Notes under the pieces: model-generated
What the model was told of the DNA's origin: nothing
Databases searched by the model: none
Seen by the model: the letters and a program-made list of their open reading frames with translations, nothing else
Position numbers and translations under genes: made by a program
NCBI GenBank assembly: GCA_963778115.1
Contig: CAVZSV010000004.1
Coordinates: forward strand, 1,440,001 to 1,504,000
Source of the DNA: an uncultured delta proteobacterium
GTDB taxonomy: Bacteria; Bdellovibrionota; FAC87; UBA2466
Direction of reading: 5' to 3'
DNA: 64,000 nucleotides
Part shown: positions 19,688-29,976 of the stretch, piece after piece
Layout of the letters: every line of letters begins with the position of its first letter
How positions within the stretch are numbered: the stretch's first letter is position 1

Positions 19688-19733
19688 TTGTCTCAACCTC
19701 ATGGCGTAAGTGAATTCGTTCAGTATTCACTGG

Positions 19734-19749
19734 TGCAAGGTACGTGCCC
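19734..19749 (-). promoter_or_regulatory. sigma54 promoter
   Basis: GGGCAC-GTACC-TTGCA. Confidence 0.7.
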
Positions 19750-19870
19750 GCCTCCCTAGGCTGCCCTTTTCACTACTAATCAGGGGAAATTCGCGGCAAA
19801 AACTGAGCTAAAGGATAGAAACTTCAATCATTCAAAGTAGAAACCTTTGAAAAGGCGTGTCTAGAAAAGC

Positions 19871-19903
19871 TATACGTGAAGTATACACATTTACACATAT
19901 AAT
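19871..19903 (+). promoter_or_regulatory. Candidate promoter/operator of the efflux operon
   Basis: TATAAT at 19898-19903; TATAC-N5-GTATA inverted repeat over the -35 position; TACACAT direct repeat. Confidence 0.35.
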
Positions 19904-20057
19904 TTCAGATAGTTACCTCTATGGGACACGCTCTGAATACACCTTAGTCGAATCAGGAGTGAGTCCGAAGAACCGGATTGTGAACGGGGCGAACTTACTG
20001 ATTGTGGTTTTTTACGAAACTCCCTATTTTAGGGCGCGGGCCGACGGGGGTATGTGC

Positions 20058-21365
20058 ATGAAGGCTAAGAATTTGTTGTTAGATGTTTCCGCTCGAAAGA
20101 CGATTACCAGGTTATTGGCACTGCCACTAGGGATCTCGATCTTGTGGCCCCTCACGGCAACGGCTGTCACTCTTTCTCTCTCCGATGCCATATCGCAGGC
20201 TCAGGAGAAAAGCCCCGACGTCGGTGCGCTTAGACATCAAGCCGATTCCGCCCGAGCGAAAGCACGGCAGGCACTTTCTCCCACGGAACCCACCTTTCAA
20301 ATTACCTACAACGATATGGAGCAGCCTACGAGCTTCACCGGACGCGCAAGTAGCGTTTACTCTCTGACTCAACCCATCGCTTTTCCCGGTAAAGCTTGGG
20401 TGACTCGTTCGGTGCAATCCAAACAGGCGCAGGCCCTTGAAGCGCAAATGAGGTCCACGGAGCTGCAAGTCTCAGCCAATGTGAAAGCCGCTTACTACCA
20501 ACTTTCGGCAGCTCGCCAAAATCTGCAGCTCGATCAGCAACAGAAGGTCTATTACGAGCGCATCTTGGCAATCGCAAAAAGGCGTTACGAGTCAGGATCG
20601 ATCACTCAAGTCGATCTTCTCAATGCACAAGTGTCGATGTTTTCGATCGAGAACGACATGAATGATATTGGCGCCACCGAGAAGTCAGCACTTGCCCAGT
20701 TGAATGTTGCTTTGAAAAATCCGACCGATACGGCAATCGAAGTAGAACCGATTAAAGTCGTGAGAAAAACCCGCCCCTCATTGGAAGAGGCGGAAAAGCG
20801 GATGCTGGAGAAACGAAATGAGATAAGAGCCGCGCGCTTTCAAGCTGACGCCGCTGATAACTCAAAGACGCTGGCCTGGATGGGACTCTTGCCCGACTTT
20901 CAGCTTACCGCGGGAACCACCTATTACAATATTCCCGTAGCCTCACCGCTGAATGGAGGCAGTGGAAACACGCATACGTACTTCGTAGGCGTCCAAATGA
21001 CGCTACCTATCTGGTTTATCTTTAACGAAAGAGAGAACATCGTCTCAGCGACTCACGATATGGCTGCCGCAGAATCCAGTTTAACGAGCGTTCTTAATCA
21101 ATCGCGAACTACACTGGTCGCCACACTTCAACAGATCGAATCCACCGAAAAAAAAATCGATAACTATGAAAAGCATCTCATCCCCTTGGCCGAACAATCG
21201 CTAAATCTGGCACTGATTAACTACAGCGCCGGAAAGGTTGATTTCCAAGCTCTATCAGAGTCCGCCACAGCGAGGCTCAATACGACGCGAGATTACTTGG
21301 CTACCTCAGTGGTTTACCTAACGAGTTATGCTACACTCAGCCAACTCTTGGGAGAGGAACTTTGA
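20058..21365 (+). CDS. TolC/CzcC family outer membrane efflux protein
   Basis: Signal peptide, OEP-type helices (VKAAYYQL, RRYESGSITQVDLL); start behind GGGGG. Confidence 0.88.
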   Translation: MKAKNLLLDVSARKTITRLLALPLGISILWPLTATAVTLSLSDAISQAQEKSPDVGALRHQADSARAKARQALSPTEPTFQITYNDMEQPTSFTGRASSVYSLTQPIAFPGKAWVTRSVQSKQAQALEAQMRSTELQVSANVKAAYYQLSAARQNLQLDQQQKVYYERILAIAKRRYESGSITQVDLLNAQVSMFSIENDMNDIGATEKSALAQLNVALKNPTDTAIEVEPIKVVRKTRPSLEEAEKRMLEKRNEIRAARFQADAADNSKTLAWMGLLPDFQLTAGTTYYNIPVASPLNGGSGNTHTYFVGVQMTLPIWFIFNERENIVSATHDMAAAESSLTSVLNQSRTTLVATLQQIESTEKKIDNYEKHLIPLAEQSLNLALINYSAGKVDFQALSESATARLNTTRDYLATSVVYLTSYATLSQLLGEEL

Positions 21366-22492
21366 AAATGCCTCGGCTTCGATTCCGACTCGTGCCCCCT
21401 GCCATTACGCTATCTCTGCTGTGTCTCATGGCCGGAATCTCGTGCCACCGCGCACCGTCCACTATTGAAGAGGCTCCCGTAACTTTAATCGGACCTGGAA
21501 AGCTCCGAGTTTCCCCCGAGGCGAGGGCTAATCTGAAGTTCGAAGTCGCGAAAGTGATCGATTTCCCCGATATTCTAAGTTTGATGGGAAAGATTAGCGC
21601 TACCGAAGACCGTACTACCGTAGTCCCCGCTCGAGTTAGTGGTCGAATTGAAACCGTGATGATTACCTCGGGAGAAATAGTCAAAACCGGACAACCTCTA
21701 GCCACTCTTTTCAGTCCCGATTTTATTTCAGCACGTGAAGAGTATTTGCAGTCCATCAAGCAAGCTGCCACCCCTAACTCCGATCTCGGAAATCTTTCGT
21801 CTCTCGCCAAGAAACGTTTAGAAGTGATGGGACTGAGTGCTAAGGATATTGAGGCACTTAATCATGCCGATACTGCATCGGCCGAGACCCTAAATACCAC
21901 ACAAGCCAGTCTAATCGTACGCGCCCCCCGCTCAGGCGCCATCATCTTGAAGAATGCCACCGTGGGCAGCCAAGTAAATGCGGGGGACACCTTGTTCACC
22001 ATCGCCGATCTCAGCAAAGTTTGGTTCTTGGGAGACCTTTATCCCGAAGATCTCGACAAGGTGAAGCGGGACCAGGAGATCTTTATTGATGCAGTTCCTG
22101 GAACCCCGGCCCTTCATGGAAAGGTGTCGTTTATTAGCCCTATGATTGATCCCACGGCACGAACGATTAAAATCCGCGCGTTAATGGAAAATCCGAATAT
22201 GGGGCTGCGCGCCGATATGTATGTTCAGGGCAAGTTGATCTTGTCGTCCAAGAAAGCGCTTGTCGTGCCCTCCCGAGCCGTTTTACGGGAACGCGATTCC
22301 GATTTTGTTTTCGTTCGAGTGGGCAAAACAGCACTTCCGACGGAGCCCTGTGAAATAGCCCGAATGAAGGTAAAAGTGGGCAATGAGGGCGACGGCTACA
22401 CTTCGATCCTGGAAGGTATTTCTGACGGCGATGAAGTGGTATCGGAGGGGTCCTTACTTCTTAGCGCCGTCTTAGCGAACTCGGCTTCATAG
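21362..22492 (+). CDS. RND periplasmic adaptor (CzcB/CusB-like)
   Basis: ARVSGRIE, VRAPRSG, IADLSKVW, IDPTARTIKIR. Confidence 0.9.
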   Translation: MKMPRLRFRLVPPAITLSLLCLMAGISCHRAPSTIEEAPVTLIGPGKLRVSPEARANLKFEVAKVIDFPDILSLMGKISATEDRTTVVPARVSGRIETVMITSGEIVKTGQPLATLFSPDFISAREEYLQSIKQAATPNSDLGNLSSLAKKRLEVMGLSAKDIEALNHADTASAETLNTTQASLIVRAPRSGAIILKNATVGSQVNAGDTLFTIADLSKVWFLGDLYPEDLDKVKRDQEIFIDAVPGTPALHGKVSFISPMIDPTARTIKIRALMENPNMGLRADMYVQGKLILSSKKALVVPSRAVLRERDSDFVFVRVGKTALPTEPCEIARMKVKVGNEGDGYTSILEGISDGDEVVSEGSLLLSAVLANSAS

Positions 22493-22504
22493 GTAATATA
22501 GTCA

Positions 22505-25500
22505 ATGATAGGTAAGATTGTCCGTCTCTCTTTAACCAATCGATTGCTCATCCTCTCTTTAGTCTTAGTTTTAGTCATCGTCGGATCTATTTCATTTAAG
22601 AATTTGCCTATCGAAGCCTATCCGGACATCGCCGATACGATGGTTCAAATCATTAATCAGTGGCCCGGGCATGCGGCCGAAGAGGTGGAACGGCAAATCA
22701 CCGTTCCCGTTGAGATCGCGATGAATGGCGTTAGCCATCATACCCACCTACGATCGGTCTCTCTCTTCGGCTTATCGGTGGTCACACTCCTGTTTGACGA
22801 AAAGACCCCGCCTTTTACCGCAAGACAGTACGTCGAAGAAAATTTATCTCAAATTGCTCTTCCGCCTGGGGTCCAGGCCTCGCTCGCCCCCATGTCTAGC
22901 CCAGTCGGACAAATCTATTGGTATGTTCTAGATTCCAAAACTCGAACTCCGATGGAACTTAAAGAGATAGAGGACTGGGATCTTGAAAAACGTTGGCGCG
23001 AAGTTCCCGGTGTCGCCGACGTCTCTAGCTTTGGAGGGGCGGTAAAGCAGTATCAGGCGCTTCTCAGCCCTCTGGCTCTGGCCAATTATGGTCTTTCCAC
23101 GGCAAATGTCGTTCAAGCGCTGACAAGCAACAATCAAAACTCCGGCGGCGGATTTATCGCACACGGAGACCAGACCTTTAACGTCCGAGGAGTCGGCAAA
23201 GCTGATACCACTGAAGACCTTGAAAATGTCATTATTACCCAAAAATCGGGCACCCCCATTCGAGTGAAAAATGTCGGACGCGTAGTGATAGGAGAACAAA
23301 CCAGACTAGGTCGCATCTCAATGTCAGAGCATCTTGCGGACGGAACGGTTGAAAACCGAGATGACGTCGTAGAGGGAATCGTCTTAGCAAGAACAGGAGA
23401 GCCGGACGAGACCGTTCTCGAAGGAATTCATAAGAAGTTTACCGAAATCAATGAAAAATATCTCCCCCGTGATGTGAAAATTAAGCCGTATTTAGATCGA
23501 TCGGACTTAATCCATCTCACTACCCACACGGTAGAAGAAAATATGGTCATGGGGATGTTTCTGGTCCTGGTAGTACTGCTTTTCTTTTTGGGGAATCTGC
23601 GAAGTGCATTGATCGTAGCGATTACCATTCCGTTAGCGCTTTTGTTTGCTTCCATTCTTTTGGATATTCGTAAAATTCCGGCCAATCTCCTGTCTCTGGG
23701 TGCCTTAGATTTCGGAATGATTGTGGATGGGGCCGTTGTCATGGTGGAAAATATTTTTCGCCACAAGGAAAAAGAAGAAAAACGCGAAGGCCCCCAAGAA
23801 AACATGTTCGAACTTATTATCGCAGCGGCCAAGGAAGTGGAACGACCTATCGTTTACGCCATAGCTATTATCATTTTGGCCTATCTTCCGATCTTCACTC
23901 TTCAACGCATCGAAGGGCGCCTCTTTTCTCCGATGGCGTGGACCGTAGCTTTCGCTTTGCTAGGCGCTCTGGTTCTGGTGTTAACCGTAGTTCCTGTCCT
24001 TTGCTACTATTTGCTCAGCGGGAAATTAAAGCTGTGGCACAATCCGATCGTCGTATGGCTTGAGACTAACTATCGTAAAGCACTCACCTGGACTTTAGAT
24101 CGGCGCCCTCTTGTCATTGGTACCGCACTTGGCTGTTTTGCGCTGACCCTTTTTCTAGCCTTCGGAGGGCCTATCGGATCAGAATTTCTTCCTCACCTCG
24201 ACGAGGGGACGATTTGGCTGCGCGGAACTTTGCCTTCCAGTTCGTCATATGAAATGGCGAACTCTATAGTGAAAAAGGCTCGATCCGTTTTGATGCAATA
24301 TCCTGAAGTTCCTATCACCGTTTGCCAAGTGGGGCGCCCCGACGACGGAACCGATGCCACCGGCTTTTTTAATACGGAATGTTTTGTGGACCTGAAACCC
24401 AGAAGTACTTGGCGAAAACACTTTAAGACTAAAGAGCAGTTGATTGATTCGATGAGCGCGGAACTCTCCAAAGTACCCGGTGTCATTTGGAATTTCTCTC
24501 AGCCGATTTCGGACAACGTCGAAGAGATGATGTCTGGAGTGAAAGGGGAGCTCGTGGTTAAAGTGTACGGCGAGGATCTAAAGACGCTAGCGTCTTTGGG
24601 CGAACAGATCAAGAACACGATCTCCGGAGTAAGAGGGATTGAGGACCTAGGCGTTTTTGAAGAGTTGGGGCAGCCCAACATGAATATCACTATCAATCGA
24701 GATGAGATCTCGCGCTATGGGCTAAACATATCGGATGTTCAGGATGTCATTGAAACTGCCGTCGGAGGAAAAGTCGCTTCTCAAATCGTAAGTGGAGAAA
24801 AGCGTTTTGATGTTGTCGTAAGGTATCAACCTCAATACCGCGATACCATCGAACATATCCGGAGAATTCTGGTCCCCACTCCTGACGGCTATCGGGTCCC
24901 TCTGGATGAAATCGCCTCGATCAGCGTTGATGACGGAGCCTCCATGATCTATAGAGAAGCCAACTCTCGATTTCTTGCCGTTAAATTTAGCGTTAGAGGT
25001 AGGGATCTCGGAGGGACGATTGATGAGGCTCAGAAAAAGGTCAAACGCTCTATTTTACTACCCGCTGGTTATTCTATCGATTGGAGCGGAGAGTTCGAAA
25101 GCCAGAGACGTGCCGAGGCGAGGCTTGCGGTTATTGTACCAATGACCGTACTAGCCATCTTTTTCGTTCTTTATTTCGTCTTTCACTCGTTGAAATGGTC
25201 TTTAGTAGTAATGGCAGATGTAATGACCGCACGGATGGGCGGGGTACTAGCACTCTTTCTTACCGGAAACAATTTTAGCGTCTCCTCGGGAATCGGCTTT
25301 CTAGCGGTGTTTGGCGTTTCGATTCAGACGGGAATGTTATTGGTTTCCTATATCAATCAAATGCGCGCCAAAGGCCACAGCGTGAGGGACGCGGTCATCG
25401 AAGGGTCTTGCCTAAGATTGCGCCCCATTATGATGACAGCCCTAGTCGCAACTTTTGGACTATTACCGGCAGCTCTTTCCCACGCCATCGGTTCGGACTC

Positions 25501-25663
25501 TCAGCGTCCGATGGCGATTGTCATTGTGGGCGGTCTGCTCACTGATCTAGTGATGGCATTTTTTCTGATCCCGACACTTTATACTTGGGTAGCGAAACCT
25601 ACCGATCATCTTGGTGTGGAGGCCGAGACACAGCACTTGAGTGTGAGCAATCTTGGTGCTTGA
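22505..25663 (+). CDS. czcA: CzcA/CusA family heavy-metal efflux RND permease
   Basis: 1052 aa; LPIEAYPD, ANLLSLGALDFGMIVDGAVVMVEN, RLRPIMMTA. Confidence 0.9.
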   Translation: MIGKIVRLSLTNRLLILSLVLVLVIVGSISFKNLPIEAYPDIADTMVQIINQWPGHAAEEVERQITVPVEIAMNGVSHHTHLRSVSLFGLSVVTLLFDEKTPPFTARQYVEENLSQIALPPGVQASLAPMSSPVGQIYWYVLDSKTRTPMELKEIEDWDLEKRWREVPGVADVSSFGGAVKQYQALLSPLALANYGLSTANVVQALTSNNQNSGGGFIAHGDQTFNVRGVGKADTTEDLENVIITQKSGTPIRVKNVGRVVIGEQTRLGRISMSEHLADGTVENRDDVVEGIVLARTGEPDETVLEGIHKKFTEINEKYLPRDVKIKPYLDRSDLIHLTTHTVEENMVMGMFLVLVVLLFFLGNLRSALIVAITIPLALLFASILLDIRKIPANLLSLGALDFGMIVDGAVVMVENIFRHKEKEEKREGPQENMFELIIAAAKEVERPIVYAIAIIILAYLPIFTLQRIEGRLFSPMAWTVAFALLGALVLVLTVVPVLCYYLLSGKLKLWHNPIVVWLETNYRKALTWTLDRRPLVIGTALGCFALTLFLAFGGPIGSEFLPHLDEGTIWLRGTLPSSSSYEMANSIVKKARSVLMQYPEVPITVCQVGRPDDGTDATGFFNTECFVDLKPRSTWRKHFKTKEQLIDSMSAELSKVPGVIWNFSQPISDNVEEMMSGVKGELVVKVYGEDLKTLASLGEQIKNTISGVRGIEDLGVFEELGQPNMNITINRDEISRYGLNISDVQDVIETAVGGKVASQIVSGEKRFDVVVRYQPQYRDTIEHIRRILVPTPDGYRVPLDEIASISVDDGASMIYREANSRFLAVKFSVRGRDLGGTIDEAQKKVKRSILLPAGYSIDWSGEFESQRRAEARLAVIVPMTVLAIFFVLYFVFHSLKWSLVVMADVMTARMGGVLALFLTGNNFSVSSGIGFLAVFGVSIQTGMLLVSYINQMRAKGHSVRDAVIEGSCLRLRPIMMTALVATFGLLPAALSHAIGSDSQRPMAIVIVGGLLTDLVMAFFLIPTLYTWVAKPTDHLGVEAETQHLSVSNLGA

Positions 25664-25675
25664 GGATGATTCCTA

Positions 25676-26986
25676 TTAAGGCTTCGAAGGCAGCAAACTC
25701 ACCGCAGCTTCGGACATCGCCGCAATCCCATATCTAATGGTCTCTTCAGCGTCAGGAAAATAATATGCGGAATGCAGAGAAGGAATATTCTTGGCCGACT
25801 TCATTTTTTCCAAGCGCTTACTCTTGATCGAACCCAAGTTAAACATAAAGATGGGTACTCCCTCCAGGCCGTAGCGCCCGAAATCCTCGCTTACCATATA
25901 GGGCTCGTCCAAAACCACGTTGTCTTCTCCCAGAGTTTTCTTGAGGATGGGAAGCACCCGTTCTACGAGTTTAGGATCATTATAAAGCGGGGGAACGGGA
26001 TCTTCTTCGATCGTGACCACTGGCGATGGCGCCCCGGCTCCCTGCGCGATGGCATCGGCTTTTCTCTTGATGCCATCCAATAAGTGTTTACGACTCTCGG
26101 GAGAAAAACTTCTCACCGTGAACTGCACCCGACAGGATTCCGGAATAATATTGTGTTTGGTGCCGCAGTGAAAGGAGCCCGCGGTAATGACTCCAGGATC
26201 GGCGGGATCTTTTTCTCGACTAATTAAATTTTGCACATCCAAAACGAGTTGTGCTCCCATGGTAATGGGATCGATGGCCTTATGAGGCATGGCTCCATGT
26301 CCGCCGTGCCCCACCATGACCACGTCAACACTATCAGCGCCCGCAAGCGCATATCCAGGACGGTAGCTAATCTTCCCCGTTTCCAAACCGGCATTCACAT
26401 GGAGCGCCAAAGCAACGTCTGGCTTGGGAAACTTTTTGAACAGACCGTCCCCTAAAAGCATGAGCGCTCCTTCGCCAATCTCCTCGGCGGGCTGGCCCAC
26501 CATCATTACGGTTCCCGACCACTCGCTCTTATGTTTCGCCAGATAAGTAGCCACCCCGATCCAAGTAGTCATATGAACATCATGACCACAAGCGTGCATC
26601 ACTCCGACGTCCGTTCCGTCTTTCTTCTTGGCGGTAACTTTGGAAGCATACTCAAGCCCAGTCGCTTCAATCTCGGGCAGCGCGTCGAGGTCGGTGCGAA
26701 TCATGACCCTAGGCCCTTTCCCGTTTTTCAAAATGGCAACGATTCCGGTCTTACCAAGCGGCGGAGCCACGTCATATCCTAACTCTGTCAGCACCTTAAC
26801 TAGCTTCTCTTTTGTCTTTTCTTCGTGGAGCGAGAGCTCGGGGTGAGCATGAAGATCGCGATAGAAGGGAAGTAAGGTTTGAGACTCTCTCTTCGACCAC
26901 TCCATAATTGATGTAGGTGAAGCCCCGAAAGCCGTTACCGCGAATACGGATACCATAATAGAAACGCTAACCCTGAATTTCATCAT
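25676..26986 (-). CDS. Secreted M20D family amidohydrolase
   Basis: HAHPELS, RTDLDALP, MHACGHD, QPAEE, SEDFG, LHS; signal peptide. Confidence 0.92.
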   Translation of the reverse strand: MMKFRVSVSIMVSVFAVTAFGASPTSIMEWSKRESQTLLPFYRDLHAHPELSLHEEKTKEKLVKVLTELGYDVAPPLGKTGIVAILKNGKGPRVMIRTDLDALPEIEATGLEYASKVTAKKKDGTDVGVMHACGHDVHMTTWIGVATYLAKHKSEWSGTVMMVGQPAEEIGEGALMLLGDGLFKKFPKPDVALALHVNAGLETGKISYRPGYALAGADSVDVVMVGHGGHGAMPHKAIDPITMGAQLVLDVQNLISREKDPADPGVITAGSFHCGTKHNIIPESCRVQFTVRSFSPESRKHLLDGIKRKADAIAQGAGAPSPVVTIEEDPVPPLYNDPKLVERVLPILKKTLGEDNVVLDEPYMVSEDFGRYGLEGVPIFMFNLGSIKSKRLEKMKSAKNIPSLHSAYYFPDAEETIRYGIAAMSEAAVSLLPSKP

Positions 26987-27024
26987 TCATGGCTAGCATT
27001 TTCCTTCGAATTGTCCAGAATTCT

Positions 27025-27525
27025 TTACTGTTGGAGCCGAGCCCGCAAGTCCCCAAAGATACGAAGATACTGATCTTGGCGAAACAGGTGTCTCTCAAAA
27101 CCGACTAACATGAGTGCCTTTTCCGCATGAAAGACAAATTCCTTATCTCCTTTAGTCACTGCACGTGATTCCATGTTCTCTAAGCCCATTCGAATTCGCA
27201 AATAAGTACTTTGCAGATCGGATAGTGACCAGGAGTCTTTTAGTAACTGCGTGAAGGCTACGTACATGGCGCCCTCCGCGAGAAAAGGTTTTGAATCGGA
27301 AACTCTTTTTGATCGCTCGCTCTGAAAGGAGGCGTCCTGTTCGTTGGAAAGGGGAGAGGCAATTTGATAAAGGCGACCAAAGAATTGCCCTTGAGTGGTA
27401 GAACCGGTGGTGGAATGGCCTGGACTGGCGTCCGGCACCCCCGAAAAGTGGTCAAAGCTAGTACAAAAAGCGGAAAGCCCTCCGAAAAGAAGCACAATCC
27501 CCACACAGCGTCTGCTAATTCTCAC
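27025..27525 (-). CDS. Secreted hypothetical protein
   Basis: Hydrophobic N-terminus, GGAAGG SD, sigma54 promoter upstream. Confidence 0.6.
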   Translation of the reverse strand: MRISRRCVGIVLLFGGLSAFCTSFDHFSGVPDASPGHSTTGSTTQGQFFGRLYQIASPLSNEQDASFQSERSKRVSDSKPFLAEGAMYVAFTQLLKDSWSLSDLQSTYLRIRMGLENMESRAVTKGDKEFVFHAEKALMLVGFERHLFRQDQYLRIFGDLRARLQQ

Positions 27526-27562
27526 GTCTTACCTTCCCGACATTGAATGATGCTGTTTATGA

Positions 27563-27578
27563 AGCAAGTCACGAGCCA
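27563..27578 (-). promoter_or_regulatory. sigma54 promoter
   Basis: TGGCTC-GTGAC-TTGCT. Confidence 0.7.
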
Positions 27579-27707
27579 ACAAAGCTCATCTTTGCCCTCC
27601 CGAGGAATACTATGTTTGTTCGTGAGTTAAGAGGATTCTCCGAGAGGCCGCATTCTTATCGAATTCGCCGAACCAAAAGACGATCGAAACAGATTAAACA
27701 ACGCTAG

Positions 27708-27914
27708 GGCCCTTTCTCTTAAAAGTTGCGATCAAACCATATCGGTAGTTTAGCCATGCCCCATAGCACCCATGACTACCGACACCACGGGTCTGGGAAT
27801 TTGGGTTCTATTACCGTTCTGAATTACCTGTCGCGCGGTCGCGCGACGGATAGATGGGTCTTTTCTTTTTTTGGGGTTTGGGGGCCTTACGGTCCTTTGA
27901 CGTGGAATGCGCAA
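27708..27914 (-). mobile_element. Non-coding deletion derivative of the element at 50787..51610
   Basis: 27708-27753 matches 50787-50834 (2 substitutions, 2 indels); 27868-27914 resembles 51565-51610; same order and orientation. Confidence 0.7.
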
Positions 27915-27989
27915 AAGCATTTTTTTCTTTTCTCTCCACGCGCTTAACAGTCGTGAAGCGAAATCCGATACGTTTTAGGGGGAGAAAAA

Positions 27990-28370
27990 ATGGCTCGTAG
28001 ATGGATATTCTGGATCGCATTGCAGGGCGTCGCAGCGGGAGGGCTCTATTTTTATTTAGTCCCTGTTACTACCGATCTCATAATGGTCAGACCATCATCG
28101 TCCAGGCTACCTCCTAACGCTACGAAAGAGCAGATTATGGACGATGTGAGGCGACGAGAAATCGCCGAAAGCAGGCAAGCCATTTTCGAAAAATATAAGA
28201 TGATAATCAAAGAAAAGATGCAAACCATTATCGCGAGTCTAGTCCCTCGGGATTCGCCACCAGAGCAACCGGCCCCCACCAAAACTCCAGTGGCGCCGAT
28301 GACCCAAAAACTAAACGATGCGGTGAATACCCTGATGGAAGAAAAAATAAAACCGCCCCCTCAAGAGTGA
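27990..28370 (+). CDS. Hypothetical single-pass membrane protein
   Basis: GGAG SD, N-terminal TM, Pro-rich tail. Confidence 0.6.
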   Translation: MARRWIFWIALQGVAAGGLYFYLVPVTTDLIMVRPSSSRLPPNATKEQIMDDVRRREIAESRQAIFEKYKMIIKEKMQTIIASLVPRDSPPEQPAPTKTPVAPMTQKLNDAVNTLMEEKIKPPPQE

Positions 28371-28408
28371 GGAGGCGGCTTTTGATTCGACAGGGGTTAT
28401 GGGGTTAT

Positions 28409-29665
28409 CTACTGCAAATATTCAATCTTAAATTCGGCTCTGCAACCATTGCTGACCCAAAGCGTATTCGTTGTAGGATCGACTCCCCACGAAGTTCCTT
28501 GGACGCAGGCGCTGTTGCTTTTCTGACAAGCCATGGTTACCGCAACGACAGAGTTAGGAAGAGAACAGGTCTCATTCTGTTTATTGTTACTGTCACATTC
28601 GATTTCGGTGGAAACAGGGGTCCCTACCGTAAAATTAACTCCGCAAGTGTTAGTGACTCCGCTGCTACTAATGACCGTCGCCGTCGCGGATCCCGAAGTG
28701 GAAGGAGCGATAATCGTATTGGGACCAACCACCGCACCCGGGACTGTGGCACCGTTTACCGTAAGTTGAACCGAAGCGGCCGGTCCGTTAATTACCGCAA
28801 GATCTAAAATCATCTGGCTTCCCTGAGCGAAAACGCTGGTTCCACTGCTTAAGGTCAAAGTACAGGTCGGAGCCACTCCACCACTGCCGGCGCCTTCAGT
28901 CTGAACCGTTACTACTGCGGCACAGGTCGCTGTCATCGACGGATTGGAAGCAGCAGCTACCGTGAATAAGATGGGATCCGTCCCCACCGCGGGAACCGCT
29001 GCTTGAATGGTCTGGGAGACCGCCGCAGGTAAGCTCGTAGGATTGGTGAGAGGAGAAAAATCTCCGTTCAAATTCTGAATACTCACAATCACGATAGGAA
29101 CTGACGAAACGACCGTGAAAGAATCTGTCGGCGGGTTCGAAAGGGGTTGTCCTGTCGTTGTCACAGGGACACTAAGGGAAGGCATCGCGGCGGTGGCCTG
29201 GCAGCTAATTCCGGTTCCCGTTCCACCCACGCTAAAAGGAGTGGAGGAGATGATGTTACTTGCGATGACTTGTCCAAGACTGTTCGTCGAACTGAGAGTC
29301 CCTGACTCCTCAACCTGGGTAGCGGCAGTAGTATAGGTTCTCTGATAAGTGGCAACTCCGTTAATCACAGCGACAGGTGACATCCCGGCAGGGGTGAAAG
29401 TTAGATTGGTGCAACCACCGGCGTAAAGTTGCCAAGTTACCGTGGCTCCGACGGGAATACTTCCCGAAGTAGCCGCACTGGTTAGAGAGCCTTGAAGAGT
29501 GCTAGTTCCACAGGTGCTGACAATTCCGTTATAGGCGCTGTTCGGAACGGTGCTGGCCATTTGCAATCCACCATTAGCACCACCCGCGCAATGGGAAAGT
29601 CCCAAAAGAGTGACAGCAATCATTAGGCCCTTAACGAATGAAGTGATTCCATGTTGGATCTTCAT
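28409..29665 (-). CDS. Ser/Thr-rich lipoprotein with C-terminal DUF3011-like domain
   Basis: Lipobox LSHC; IECDS...C...QKSNSACVQGTSWG...LWVSNGCRAEF. Confidence 0.75.
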   Translation of the reverse strand: MKIQHGITSFVKGLMIAVTLLGLSHCAGGANGGLQMASTVPNSAYNGIVSTCGTSTLQGSLTSAATSGSIPVGATVTWQLYAGGCTNLTFTPAGMSPVAVINGVATYQRTYTTAATQVEESGTLSSTNSLGQVIASNIISSTPFSVGGTGTGISCQATAAMPSLSVPVTTTGQPLSNPPTDSFTVVSSVPIVIVSIQNLNGDFSPLTNPTSLPAAVSQTIQAAVPAVGTDPILFTVAAASNPSMTATCAAVVTVQTEGAGSGGVAPTCTLTLSSGTSVFAQGSQMILDLAVINGPAASVQLTVNGATVPGAVVGPNTIIAPSTSGSATATVISSSGVTNTCGVNFTVGTPVSTEIECDSNNKQNETCSLPNSVVAVTMACQKSNSACVQGTSWGVDPTTNTLWVSNGCRAEFKIEYLQ

Positions 29666-29780
29666 ATGCGATCTACCTCAGATTAATTTTTAACTTTTGG
29701 TCTCGTGGCGTCTAAGAAGTCTAATCTCTGGAGTGTATCTTCGAAGTCGGAAAATCAAAGCGTGTTGTATACCTGAAGGA

Positions 29781-29796
29781 TGCAAAAGCCTTGCCG
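29781..29796 (-). promoter_or_regulatory. sigma54 promoter
   Basis: CGGCAA-GGCTT-TTGCA. Confidence 0.6.
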
Positions 29797-29976
29797 AGGC
29801 TTTTTGTGCTCAAAACCGAAGGCCCATTTCCTGGCATTTTGCATACTATTTGTAGACAGTGGAAGAAACGCTGCAAAAAGTAACTCAGTTTCAATGACTT
29901 AAGGTGTCCACTTTGAGTACACAGCTTTTCAAGCTGTCTGTTTACGATTCACCCGGTTTTCGAAACCAAAGGGAGA

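Noticed and set aside
19905..20057. NiCo or other metal riboswitch ahead of the efflux operon
   Set aside because: No recognisable consensus or four-way junction by eye; an Infernal search would settle it
27752..27800. Extra short matches to 51326-51343 and 51475-51491
   Set aside because: Their order differs between the loci, so at least one is chance; not used as evidence
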